64,000 bases of DNA from Balanoglossus misakiensis (Eukaryota > Animalia > Hemichordata). A program made the position numbers and the translations under genes. A model generated the notes under the pieces. That model saw nothing but the letters and a program-made list of their open reading frames with translations, was not told the DNA's origin and ran no database searches. This document shows, piece after piece, positions 52,839-64,000 of this stretch; position 1 is the stretch's first letter, and each line of letters begins with the position of its first letter. Location: positions 7,211,959-7,275,958 of the forward strand of contig CM082581.2 in assembly GCA_040954595.2 (NCBI GenBank), read 5' to 3'.

Positions 52839-53405
52839 GTAAGTAGAAACCGATTCTGTGAATGCACGGCTGGGATTTTTTTAGTAAATGAACTGACACG
52901 GCGAAATGTTAATTTACGTCAGTTTTGCAGTATTTATGTGTATCATTAGCGATTTGCTTGTACATGTACATGTATATCCAGGCAGTGTCACGGTTAATCA
53001 TGACAATTGGCAAAGTGGCTTTAGACATTTTCAAAGTGACATGTTTTAGAACATGCTTTAGGGAGCAGATGAAGAAACTGCAGTTAACTATGGAGATTAC
53101 ATGTTGATTCCTGTGATTTCATTGAATAAAGGCGGCAGTGCATGTATAATTTATAACTCTGTGATCCAAACTTATGGTGCGAATTTTTCTACACTGCATC
53201 TCGTGAAATATGAATTGGGCTATTTGTTGGAAGGAATAATTGATGCTTTATACCCCTTGAGAGTGTGGGAATGGAGCAGTTTACATCATTTATTCATGAC
53301 ATTGCCACGACTCTGTGAACTCGAAATGAAATAGCATATAGGCATTTAATAATTGCTGAAAGTAGCAATCGACTGAGCTGCTGTGATTGAATCAGAGGAG
53401 TCACG

Positions 53406-53476
53406 TTCATTCATTCATTCATTCATTCATTCATTCATTCATTCGTCCGTCCGTTCGTTCGTTCGTTCGTTCGTTC
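53406..53476. repeat. Compound (TTCA)n(TTCG)n microsatellite in Hhex intron 2
   Basis: Direct reading. Confidence 0.93.
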
Positions 53477-53551
53477 GCGCGATGGGAGAATCGATGACTG
53501 AAACGATTTTAATAATTTTTACCTAAAATATGTTCCGTGTCTATTTTCCAG

Positions 53552-53602
53552 GTGAAAACGTGGTTCCAAAACAGAAGGGCAAAATGGCGTCGGCTTAAAC
53601 AG
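53552..53602 (+). CDS. Hhex: Hhex coding exon 3: recognition helix (51 nt, absent from the ORF track)
   Basis: TTTTCCAG|GTG AAA ACG TGG TTC CAA AAC AGA AGG GCA AAA TGG CGT CGG CTT AAA CAG|GTGAGA = VKTWFQNRRAKWRRLKQ. Confidence 0.98.
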
Positions 53603-56139
53603 GTGAGACGTGGCAATATGCCGTGTGTTGAACTATACTCAAAGCTCTGCAAAATATTGTCATGTTACTTGGTTGATTAGTGCAACCTGGAATTATTTTA
53701 GTGCAGTTTCCCCTGAAAGAGTTGTGGCGTAAAAGTCAGGGTTTGTTTCTACACTTGTAACCAAATTACACGTAGTCTATTCGATGAAGGGGCTGAAAAA
53801 TATACCATCGGCCGATCGCAGACGACCGAGATTAGATTGAACATTTCATTAATTACACCGAGTCCCTTTATCCAATTTGAAACCACGTGACGACGGACAA
53901 AGCATTCTCTAAGATAACGATGAAAGAGCACTATTTTATGCGCGTTTAGAGAGTACACTTGTTGCGTTTGTGGTCAGGTTTTGTCCTCCTGAGAGGATTT
54001 GATGATGGTTTAATACTCGATATGATACGGCGGCAGTACTGTAGACTAGACTCGCAACGGGGCATGCAAAGCAGCACCCCAAACACACGCGCTGAAAGAT
54101 ATATCTGTCGCAAAGTTTAGCTGCGCAGGGGGCACTGGTGTCATGACAAGCGCCACAAAATCCCCCATATCATACTTATCACACTTCTGGCGCCACAGTT
54201 AATAAATTATTGATCATAAAGGCCGTGTTAAAAAGGACTCCAATAATTTTGAATAGCGTATCTTTTGTCAACTAATTGCACGTATATTGGCAACAACAAC
54301 ACCGGGGGCATTTCTACCCGCCCGCTCTTATTATATTGTTCATTGAGCGATCAACATTTGATTGGTGCATGTCAGACACATTCAAGTGTCTCCTTTAAAC
54401 GCTGCAACTTGTCGGGGGCCAGGTACCCACGTGACAAATTAGGTACTCAGCCATTCTGTCGCCAGTGGTGTCACGAAACTGGCTGAACACGACCGGACGA
54501 TAGTCTAAACTTTAATCCCGCGCTCCTCCTTTCCGAAATGAGAAAAAGTCGAAGCGTGGGTCGGAGCTCCGCGGTCTCCCGCAGGAGGTCGAACTGACTA
54601 GCCTATAGTCGTACCCCTTTTTCAACACAAAGTCAGCATGAAACGACCTGCAGACACGAACATTTTTCTCACTGAGTATAAATTTGGAGAATGGGCTCCT
54701 AAATGTGTAAAATGAACACACATTTATAACCGACTGTTGGCTCAAGTATGCGGTTTATGGCCGCGTGTCGCTGGCGCGGTCGAGTCTCGCAGATTTTGCC
54801 GATCCCATATAAAATCGTTATGAATTCAGAATGCTTCTAGATGAGAAAACTCTCACAGTAAATTGTCGCCCCATACGTTTAAACTGTAAGCCCCGAGATA
54901 AATTTACTGTCATAGACAGCTCTTTTGGTCTTGAGTCACGACCTTCCCGTTTATATGATGAAATTTTACGACATTGTTCAGCCCAGATAAGAATACAGCA
55001 CCATTACCCACCATACGAAGAACATGCGGCATTTTTGGCCAATCGAGTCCGAGGGCCCACTCGAGACGTACTCGATGCCAATGATTCTGACAGTATTCAA
55101 GCCTGTTCCACATGGTTAAAGAATTAGCGCGTTCCAACATGCGGACAGCCGACGTTAAAGAAAATTTTGTCCTGAGAAAGGTAGCTCAAAGCTTGGAAAT
55201 CATGTACCGGGGTGGGGGGTGGTGAGGATTTGTCACTTCTTAACTGCCGTCGACCGGCCATAATGATTGACATGGCATATTTCTCAGTTTAGGAGGGAAA
55301 AAGCAAAATTGCCGATTTCTAATATAAAAGCCTTCATTTCTCCCGACAAAGAAATTTGACATAAAATTTAACGATAACATTGCTAAATATTTTAGCCCCC
55401 TTTTAGTGCTCCCATACACACACACAGCCGTACATATCCCGCACGTAAATTTAAACTGTGTCAGTTCTAGTTTTCAGGGATTTTGATGTATGATTCAACA
55501 TTAACAATCTCAGATGGCAGTGAATATTCTCATCGTTAAGGTTTATATGCCGTCACTTTGCTTCAAATAAAAAAAGAAAAAAGTTTTTTTTCTCTGAACC
55601 GGTTGACAGCTAACATCCGGCACGGTCGATATTTAATTCGTCAATTATCATTTATCTAGCCGAAGATAGTGAGTTGAGTAATGTCTCAGTGACTTCGTAA
55701 AGAATCACAATTTTCTTTTTATCGACATATCTGTAATGAAACGTTGCAGAAGGATAGATTAATATCATGATGACGGAATAACAGTAGGGACAAAAATAGC
55801 GCCATACCTGAAAATCAATATTACATACCACGGTGAATTACAGTCATGGACACCAAAATTGATATACATGTACAATATTGCAGTTGATTTTATTGCTTGA
55901 ATTACTTATGCGTTTACATATATTACTATATTCGGTGGGTACACGTGTAAATACGCAATCACCACCTAATTTTGGGTTCAAAAATAAAGTCATGAAGGTA
56001 AAGGCAAAAAGCTGCAGCTTAAGAGAGTTCAGTTATTTGGGAAGCGGGGAGGGGGTTTACTACTTTTGAGTGGGACACAAGCACCCATCACCGTAATGAC
56101 TGAACGATCCCTTGTGTTTTTTCCACGATTTCTGTGCAG

Positions 56140-56346
56140 GAGCTACCGAATTCCAAGTCAGACACGGACGACTGCAAAGACAGAGATTCTGTTGACAGAG
56201 GCTCGACGGGGACAAGCGACAGGGCGATCGACGTAGGGAGCGACCAGAGCGACGACTCGAGTGATGACGAGAGGGACTTGATCGATGTGGAGAGCAGCGA
56301 AACACACGCTAGAAATTCACACACGTACAGCAACGAGAGAAAATGA
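56140..56346 (+). CDS. Hhex: Hhex coding exon 4: acidic C-terminal domain
   Basis: Acceptor TTTCTGTGCAG|GAG, phase 0; ELPNSKSD...DSSDDERDLIDVE...K*. The four exons sum to 816 nt (271 aa plus stop), matching the size and exon layout of vertebrate HHEX. Confidence 0.9.
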   Translation, partial: ELPNSKSDTDDCKDRDSVDRGSTGTSDRAIDVGSDQSDDSSDDERDLIDVESSETHARNSHTYSNERK

Positions 56347-57602
56347 GAAACGGCGTGAGCTCGAGGATTTGGGCGCCAAGTGACTAACGGTCGACAGACC
56401 GTCGTTTTGTGAATTCGCGTGCCTCGACGCAACGAGGAAGAACCGCCAAACATTGTGTAAATACAGTATCGAGAAGAGTTTAACATTGTCGTGGTCGTTC
56501 AACCCAAAAGAGGCTACTCCATTGCTATTAGTTGTTTTGCCAATTTGCGCTTTCTTCAAGATATGGCGCACATTTTTGACGACAGCTTTCAAGCGCATGA
56601 CTTGCAGCAGTTTCTGTCATCGTGCTCGAGTTGGTCAGCCAATGTGGGAAATATCTCCGTCACTTTATATTCCATATATGGAGCTGCACGCAAGAAAACC
56701 TTAAGGACGTGTACATACAGACCAGATGCCATGATGTGAAATTGCTTGATGCTCAAACCACCTATCCAGCAAAATTGAGTCGCGAAACGAATTTGAAATT
56801 GCCTGGTTCAAGACACGCGCAGAAACTGTGAAGCAGACGAATGTATAAATCGCTACGCAAAATTTTCGCCGAAGAGAATGCTGAATTCCAGACATTCGCC
56901 TCAACGCGTCGACCCTTGAGATGAGAGGTGAGTCTAAATACCAACCGGTAACCGGCAAGCGAGTCGCGTTGCTCCGGGGAAAGCATACGTCAACGCACCT
57001 AGAACTCTGCTTACTTTGCAGTATACATGTATACCAAGTACCTACTGTATACACGACGCAGTTAATGACGCGTGCCACAATTTCACAATTTTTCGAAAGC
57101 TTATTTTTTTTTAAGTTCAATGGGGTGCAACGCCTTTCCAAATCTAAGTTTATTTCAATTTCTTTAGAAAGAGACTTTTCTATCGAGAGTGATTCAATTG
57201 TTATTTTTTTTTCAAGTTTTAAAAAGAGTATTTTATGCAATTTATATAGCGCCATCGATTGGTGTCGTCGCGGCTAATTTATTGTGCTGAGTATTTATAT
57301 CTAGACGTGCTTTCTGCCTCTACAGACAAAGAGTCGGTGCCCTCTGATTCGTTTTCCCAGAGGTTGATCCCGCCACTCCCTTCTTCCCTCCCTTCATAGT
57401 ATTGTTTTTCAGTTTCTTCATCTTCTCAGAAAGAATGCATCTTTTGTAAATATTTCGTCCCCCCACCCATGCCGTCGACGACTTTGGCCAATTTAGGCAT
57501 GCATTGCAGTAAGCTTAATTGTAGCGAAGTAGTTTGAACTATAGGAGGTATAATGCTACAGATAAGCAATCGTGGATGTGCAATTTCACCATTTCGTCAC
57601 AA

Positions 57603-57620
57603 ATTAAAGTCATCAATAAA
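57603..57620 (+). terminator. Candidate Hhex polyadenylation signals
   Basis: ATTAAA 57603-08 and AATAAA 57615-20, about 1.27 kb after the stop; the first AATAAA I noticed after the stop codon. Confidence 0.4.
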
Positions 57621-60516
57621 TTGTCAATCATTTTAAGATAGAAAATGCAATTCGTGTTGCGTCTCTGTGATTCAAATCGGGTCGATTGGTTGAGTAAAGA
57701 GCGCGCGACACTGAGAATGGTTTTGGGAGACGCACAGAGGCTGACAGGTGCCTTTATATTCGTAACGAGTTTTTTTTTAGTTTGCATCTTTCATGACATA
57801 TTTCCCCGATAGCCTTTCTGTTCTCCCACTCTAAGAATATATCTTAACTGCGTGGGAAACATGTGTCTCTCTTTTCGTCGAGAGACTGACGTCACAATTT
57901 CGAAAATAGCCGCAATTTTCAAGCCTGCTTTAGACTTTATAAGAAGAATTGTTAATCCAAAAACCCAACTGCAGTCCCAGTTAAGTGGAGAATCTCGCCT
58001 TGTGAATTCTACTGCAAAACATTATAAAGCAAAACACAACTAGGTAAGCAAAATGCTAAATCTACCTTAAAAGGAACCTTTGCCTACATGTACTTCACAG
58101 TCAGTAGTTGCAGCTGTCAAGATGATAGTATGTACCGAGCAGCCATTGCAAAAAAGACACCAACCTTTTGTGTATCGACGCGCACATATTCTATAATTTT
58201 TGTCCTTCTACGATATGGAAAATGCAAACATTTTGGATAAGACAAATTAGTACGTGTAGTGCGCTGCCAAGGAACAATGGATTGCTCGATATTGAATTAG
58301 CGGCAATAAAATACGTCTGCCAGATTTAGAGCGAAACGCAAACAGACGACACCAATTCCAAATCAACCAACCACTGTACAGAAGCCGGCTACACGTCACC
58401 GAGTTCACTTTGGCCGCCAACTCGAATCTTTAACGCCACCATATCTTGAATTCGGTTTTGCACGTAAAACAAGATAACCTATATCAATGTAGGATTGGCA
58501 GTTTACAAATGTCAGCCCCTTTCCTGAAAATATAAACATGGTGCGATCGACAGGCCGTTTGATGACTCACCGCAGACCGCACCATTCAACAAAGGTGTTG
58601 ATATCGACCATGATTCCGATCCGACCACCGATAGGGTCCAGACAGACTACTTCAGGTGTGGAGAAAAAGAACTCCGAAATTAGGCGGCCATAATTCCGGA
58701 CGTTGGAAAGAATAAAGAAAATGGCTGTCGTTTGTCGGACAATTTTCGAGCTTTTTCTTCTCCCCGAGTCAAAAATTCCTTTACTGTCGGATCGTCGCAA
58801 ATTCACCCACTCAAATGGTCGAATTTGAGAGTTAGTTGAAAAAAAATCGGAAAAATACTTTACAAGTGTATGTCCTGGAACTTTTCAATTCACATTTGCA
58901 TCTATTCAAAACTGTTTGACTACTTTTTGTTTGATACTACGCGCCAAGCGACAGTATAGACACAGACAGAAACCGTGGCTGGTTAAGCTTGTGTTTTGTA
59001 TAGACACATTCGAGCTCTTGAGAATCGATTATTTATAAAGACTACCCAGTTAAATATAAGTAGCGAATCGAAGCTAGTACATGTACAAGCTATTAAACGG
59101 GGACTTGGCCTCTGGTATCGCTGTACAGTGTAAATAAAGTACTCCGTGTGATTGATCGCCAAAGATATGGGCACCCAGTAACTTGAACATCAATGTGGAC
59201 TTCTGAAATTGTACGGATGTATTTTGTGGTCCAGTCAACTAGTATCACCTTATATTGAAAATCGTCGCTTATTAACCAGACAATATTTTCCCCAACTACC
59301 TTTGAAATTACTGCTGTGATTTTAACGACCAGTCTTCAACTTCTATTGTTCAATTTCAAATTAACCCCGTCCATCATACACCGGGATCGACGCAAATAAA
59401 ACAAATGAGTAGACATTGGCTTAAATTTATGGTATTTGTTTCTATTGCAACGATATTTGGGGGATAAATGGATACTTGAAACTGGATTAGAGGAATCCCA
59501 GCTTAATCATAAAGCACCCAACAGAAGAGGTGGGCGCATATTGCGTCTCTACAGGAATGTGACAACCGACATTATGTAAAACGTAAGTGGGTTATCAACA
59601 GTTGACGTTTGGCTCTCGGCGAGGCCAGTGGCGCCAGTCTGTCCAACCGTCCCCGGGCTCCGTGGGTGACGAAGGTATGCAGGCTGACAGCCCATAGGGA
59701 GCCTGCCCACGACGTGACAGCACAATGGCCCTTATTGGTAGTAACGGATAGAAATTAACTGATAACCCGTGACCTATAATGATCCATTAATAACTGGTAT
59801 GGCTTGACCCCGCGTGACCCAGACAACACAATCAACATGGCCCAGAAGTGCTCCGCGGCCGGAGGGTGGGGGCTTTAGCTAGTAGTCGCGCTGCTCCGCG
59901 GCGGAATCTTTTCACCCTTATCGATCGTGCACTTTGACATAATGATTTTATGGCTAAATCCTTAAATAGCATAATCGAAACACACATAGATCCTAATTAC
60001 GGTTTGATTGCGGGGAGATAAAGCTACTTTATTCCTGTGCGAAATATCCCATATTATCTATAGATACATACATGTACCATACCGTGGCATTGATGTCATC
60101 GTTATTTCTCCCCCAAGCCGACGCAAATATTCTCCCCCTGTCCAACCCGAGGCTTCTTTACCTCACGACGCCGGGGTACTGGGTTACCCGGACTCTGAGT
60201 AAACGGGGATTATGTAGCAACATCGCAACACTGGGCTATCAAACAAACAACAATTTAATGCGAAAACAATGATAAATATTCAAACAACAACGACCCTCCT
60301 TTAAAAACGGTCGACGTGCCAATCTCCTCTTGCCATGCCGTACTGACAGAGACCATGTCAGTCATGTGATTATTCGGAGATCTGACAGAACACCTCTGGT
60401 AAGTTACAATATTCATGCATAGTTTTTTTTTCCAAATCGACAATGTTGACAAAAATACCAAAAGCTAACACATCAAGTCGGTTGATTGACTACCCCATGC
60501 CAAAAGTAGACAAGAT

Positions 60517-60869
60517 TGGATGATTTTAATGAGCTATAACCCATGATTTTTTTCAAAAAATGATGAAATTTTGAACTTTCGCAAAGTCGAAAAAATTTCA
60601 TTTTCGGATGATTTTCATGAGCTATAACCCATGATTTTTTTCAAAATATGAAGAAATTTTAAACTTTCGCAAAGTCGAAAAATTGTCACTTCTGGATGAT
60701 TTTCATGAGCTATAACCCATGATTTTTTTTCAAAAAATAATGAAATTTTGAACTTTCGCAAAGTCGAAAAATTGTCACTTCTGGATGATTTTCATGAGCT
60801 ATAACCCATGATTTTTTTCAAAAAATGATGAAATTTTGAACTTTCGCAAAGTCGAAAAATTTTCATTTT
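60517..60869 (-). repeat. 88-bp satellite, 4 diverged copies in inverted orientation
   Basis: GAGCTATAAC recurs at 60531, 60619, 60707 and 60796; a reverse-complement variant of the main array. Confidence 0.95.
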
Positions 60870-60875
60870 AAGATA

Positions 60876-63800
60876 AAAATGACAATTTTTCGACTTTCCG
60901 AGATATCAAAATTTCTTCATTTTTTCGAAAAAATCATGGGTTATAGCTCATGAAAATCATCCAAAAATGACAATTTTTCGACATTCCGAGATATCAAAAT
61001 TTCTTCATTTTTTGAAAAAAATCATGGGTTATAGCCCATGAAAATCACCCAAAAATGACAATTTTTCGACTTTCCGAGATATCAAAATTTCTTCATTTTT
61101 TCGAAAAAATCATGGGTTATAGCCCATGAAAATCGCCCAAAAATGACAATTTTTCGACTTTCCGAGATATCAAAATTTCTTCATTTTTTCGAAAAAATCA
61201 TGGGTTATAGCCCATGAAAATCGCCCAAAAATGACAATTTTTCGACTTTCCGAGATATCAAAATTTCTTCATTTTTTCGAAAAAATCATGGGTTATAGCC
61301 CATGAAAATCACCCAAAAATGACAATTTTTCGACTTTCCGAGATATCAAAATTTCTTCATTTTTTCGAAAAAATCATGGGTTATAGCCCATGAAAATCAC
61401 CCAAAAATGACAATTTTTCGACTTTCCGAGATATCAAAATTTCTTCATTTTTTCGAAAAAATCATGGGTTATAGCCCATGAAAATCACCCAAAAATGACA
61501 ATTTTTCGACTTTCCGAGATATCAAAATTTCTTCATTTTTTCGAAAAAATCATGGGTTATAGCCCATGAAAATCGCCCAAAAATGACAATTTTTCGACTT
61601 TCCGAGATATCAAAATTTCTTCATTTTTTCGAAAAAATCATGGGTTATAGCCCATGAAAATCGCCCAAAAATGACAATTTTTCGACTTTCCGAGATATCA
61701 AAATTTCTTCATTTTTTCGAAAAAATCATGGGTTATAGCCCATGAAAATCGCCCAAAAATGACAATTTTTCGACTTTCCGAGATATCAAAATTTCTTCAT
61801 TTTTTCGAAAAAATCATGGGTTATAGCCCATGAAAATCACCCAAAAATGACAATTTTTCGACTTTCCGAGATATCAAAATTTCTTCATTTTTTCGAAAAA
61901 TCATGGGTTATAGCCCATGAAAATCACCCAAAAATGACAATTTTTCGACTTTCCGAGATATCAAAATTTCTTCATTTTTTCGAAAAAATCATGGGTTATA
62001 GCCCATGAAAATCACCCAAAAATGACAATTTTTCGACTTTCCGAGATATCAAAATTTCTTCATTTTTTCGAAAAAATCATGGGTTATAGCCCATGAAAAT
62101 CACCCAAAAATGACAATTTTTCGACTTTCCGAGATATCAAAATTTCTTCATTTTTTCGAAAAATCATGGGTTATAGCCCATGAAAATCGCCCAAAAATGA
62201 CAATTTTTCGACTTTCCGAGATATCAAAATTTCTTCATTTTTTCGAAAAAATCATGGGTTATAGCCCATGAAAATCACCCAAAAATGACAATTTTTCGAC
62301 TTTCCGAGATATCAAAATTTCTTCATTTTTTCGAAAAAATCATGGGTTATAGCCCATGAAAATCACCCAAAAATGACAATTTTTCGACTTTCCGAGATAT
62401 CAAAATTTCTTCATTTTTTCGAAAAAATCATGGGTTATAGCCCATGAAAATCGCCCAAAAATGACAATTTTTCGACTTTCCGAGATATCAAAATTTCTTC
62501 ATTTTTTCGAAAAAATCATGGGTTATAGCCCATGAAAATCGCCCAAAAATGACAATTTTTCGACTTTCCGAGATATCAAAATTTCTTCATTTTTTCGAAA
62601 AAATCATGGGTTATAGCCCATGAAAATCGCCCAAAAATGACAATTTTTCGACTTTCCGAGATATCAAAATTTCTTCATTTTTTCGAAAAAATCATGGGTT
62701 ATAGCCCATGAAAATCGCCCAAAAATGACAATTTTTCGACTTTCCGAGATATCAAAATTTCTTCATTTTTTCGAAAAAATCATGGGTTATAGCCCATGAA
62801 AATCGCCCAAAAATGACAATTTTTCGACTTTCCGAGATATCAAAATTTCTTCATTTTTTCGAAAAAATCATGGGTTATAGCCCATGAAAATCGCCCAAAA
62901 TGACAATTTTTCGACTTTCCGAGATATCAAAATTTCTTCATTTTTTCGAAAAAATCATGGGTTATAGCCCATGAAAATCGCCCAAAAATGACAATTTTTC
63001 GACTTTCCGAGATATCAAAATTTCTTCATTTTTTCGAAAAAATCATGGGTTATAGCCCATGAAAATCGCCCAAAAATGACAATTTTTCGACTTTCCGAGA
63101 TATCAAAATTTCTTCATTTTTCGAAAAATCATGGGTTATAGCCCATGAAAATCGCCCAAAAATGACAATTTTTCGACTTTCCGAGATATCAAAATTTCTT
63201 CATTTTTTCGAAAAAATCATGGGTTATAGCCCATGAAAATCGCCCAAAAATGACAATTTTTCGACTTTCCGAGATATCAAAATTCTTCATTTTTTCGAAA
63301 AAATCATGGGTTATAGCCCATGAAAATCGCCCAAAAATGACAATTTTTCGACTTTCCGAGATATCAAAATTTCTTCATTTTTTCGAAAAAATCATGGGTT
63401 ATAGCCCATGAAAATCGCCCAAAAATGACAATTTTTCGACTTTCCGAGATATCAAAATTTCTTCATTTTTTCGAAAAAATCATGGGTTATAGCCCATGAA
63501 AATCGCCCAAAAATGACAATTTTTCGACTTTCCGAGATATCAAAATTTCTTCATTTTTTTCGAAAAAATCATGGTTATAGCCCATGAAAATCGCCCAAAA
63601 ATGACAATTTTTCGACTTTCCGAGATATCAAAATTTCTTCATTTTTTCGAAAAAATCATGGGTTATAGCCCATGAAAATCGCCCAAAAATGACAATTTTT
63701 CGACTTTCCGAGATATCAAAATTTCTTCATTTTTTCGAAAAAATCATGGGTTATAGCCCATGAAAATCGCCCAAAATGACAATTTTTCGACTTTCCGAGA

Positions 63801-64000
63801 TATCAAAATTTCTTCATTTTTCGAAAAAATCATGGGTTATAGCCCATGAAAATCGCCCAAAAATGACAATTTTTCGACTTTCCGAGATATCAAAATTTCT
63901 TCATTTTTTCGAAAAATCATGGGTTATAGCCCATGAAAATCAGCCCAAAAATGACAATTTTTCGACTTTCCGAGATATCAAAATTTCTTCATTTTTTCGA
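60876..64000 (+). repeat. 88-bp tandem satellite, about 35.5 near-identical copies, truncated by the window end
   Basis: Unit GGGTTATAGCCCATGAAAATC(A/G)CCCAAAAATGACAATTTTTCGACTTTCCGAGATATCAAAATTTCTTCATTTTTTCGAAAAAATCAT; period 88 (e.g. 61381 to 61469). Confidence 0.99.

Noticed and set aside
56701-57277. 184-aa minus and 118-aa plus ORFs
   Set aside because: Lie in the AT-rich putative Hhex 3' UTR, have non-ATG starts and show no recognisable domain.
60517-64000. CRISPR-like array with palindromic repeats
   Set aside because: No unique spacers; the whole 88-bp unit repeats, the context is eukaryotic and there are no cas genes.

Overview
Eukaryotic, intron-rich genomic DNA, probably from a marine invertebrate deuterostome (inferred from the protein and repeat style; species not provable here). 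The one clearly identifiable gene is a complete 4-coding-exon Hhex/Prh homeobox gene on + (47156-56346, 271 aa). It is preceded by about 40 kb with no recognisable intact gene. The left end holds the terminal exons of two convergent, unidentified, disordered proteins that carry phosphatase-docking-like motifs. Mobile and repeat content: a 795-bp TTAA-flanked Kolobok-type MITE; a 426-bp Penelope-like fold-back insertion in Hhex intron 1 with a 12-bp TSD and hammerhead-ribozyme-like motifs; a decayed LINE RT fragment; a decayed divergent ORF pair (Kolobok-like N-terminus and HNF-class-like homeobox); microsatellites; and an 88-bp satellite that inverts orientation at about 60870 and runs off the window end. 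Best leads: a candidate distal Hhex promoter and non-coding exon 12.6 kb upstream, the intronic hammerhead pair in which only the sense copy is core-mutated, a GATA/ETS/Myb cluster in Hhex intron 1, the homeobox relic, and the satellite inversion. Most ORFs in the supplied track are spurious.
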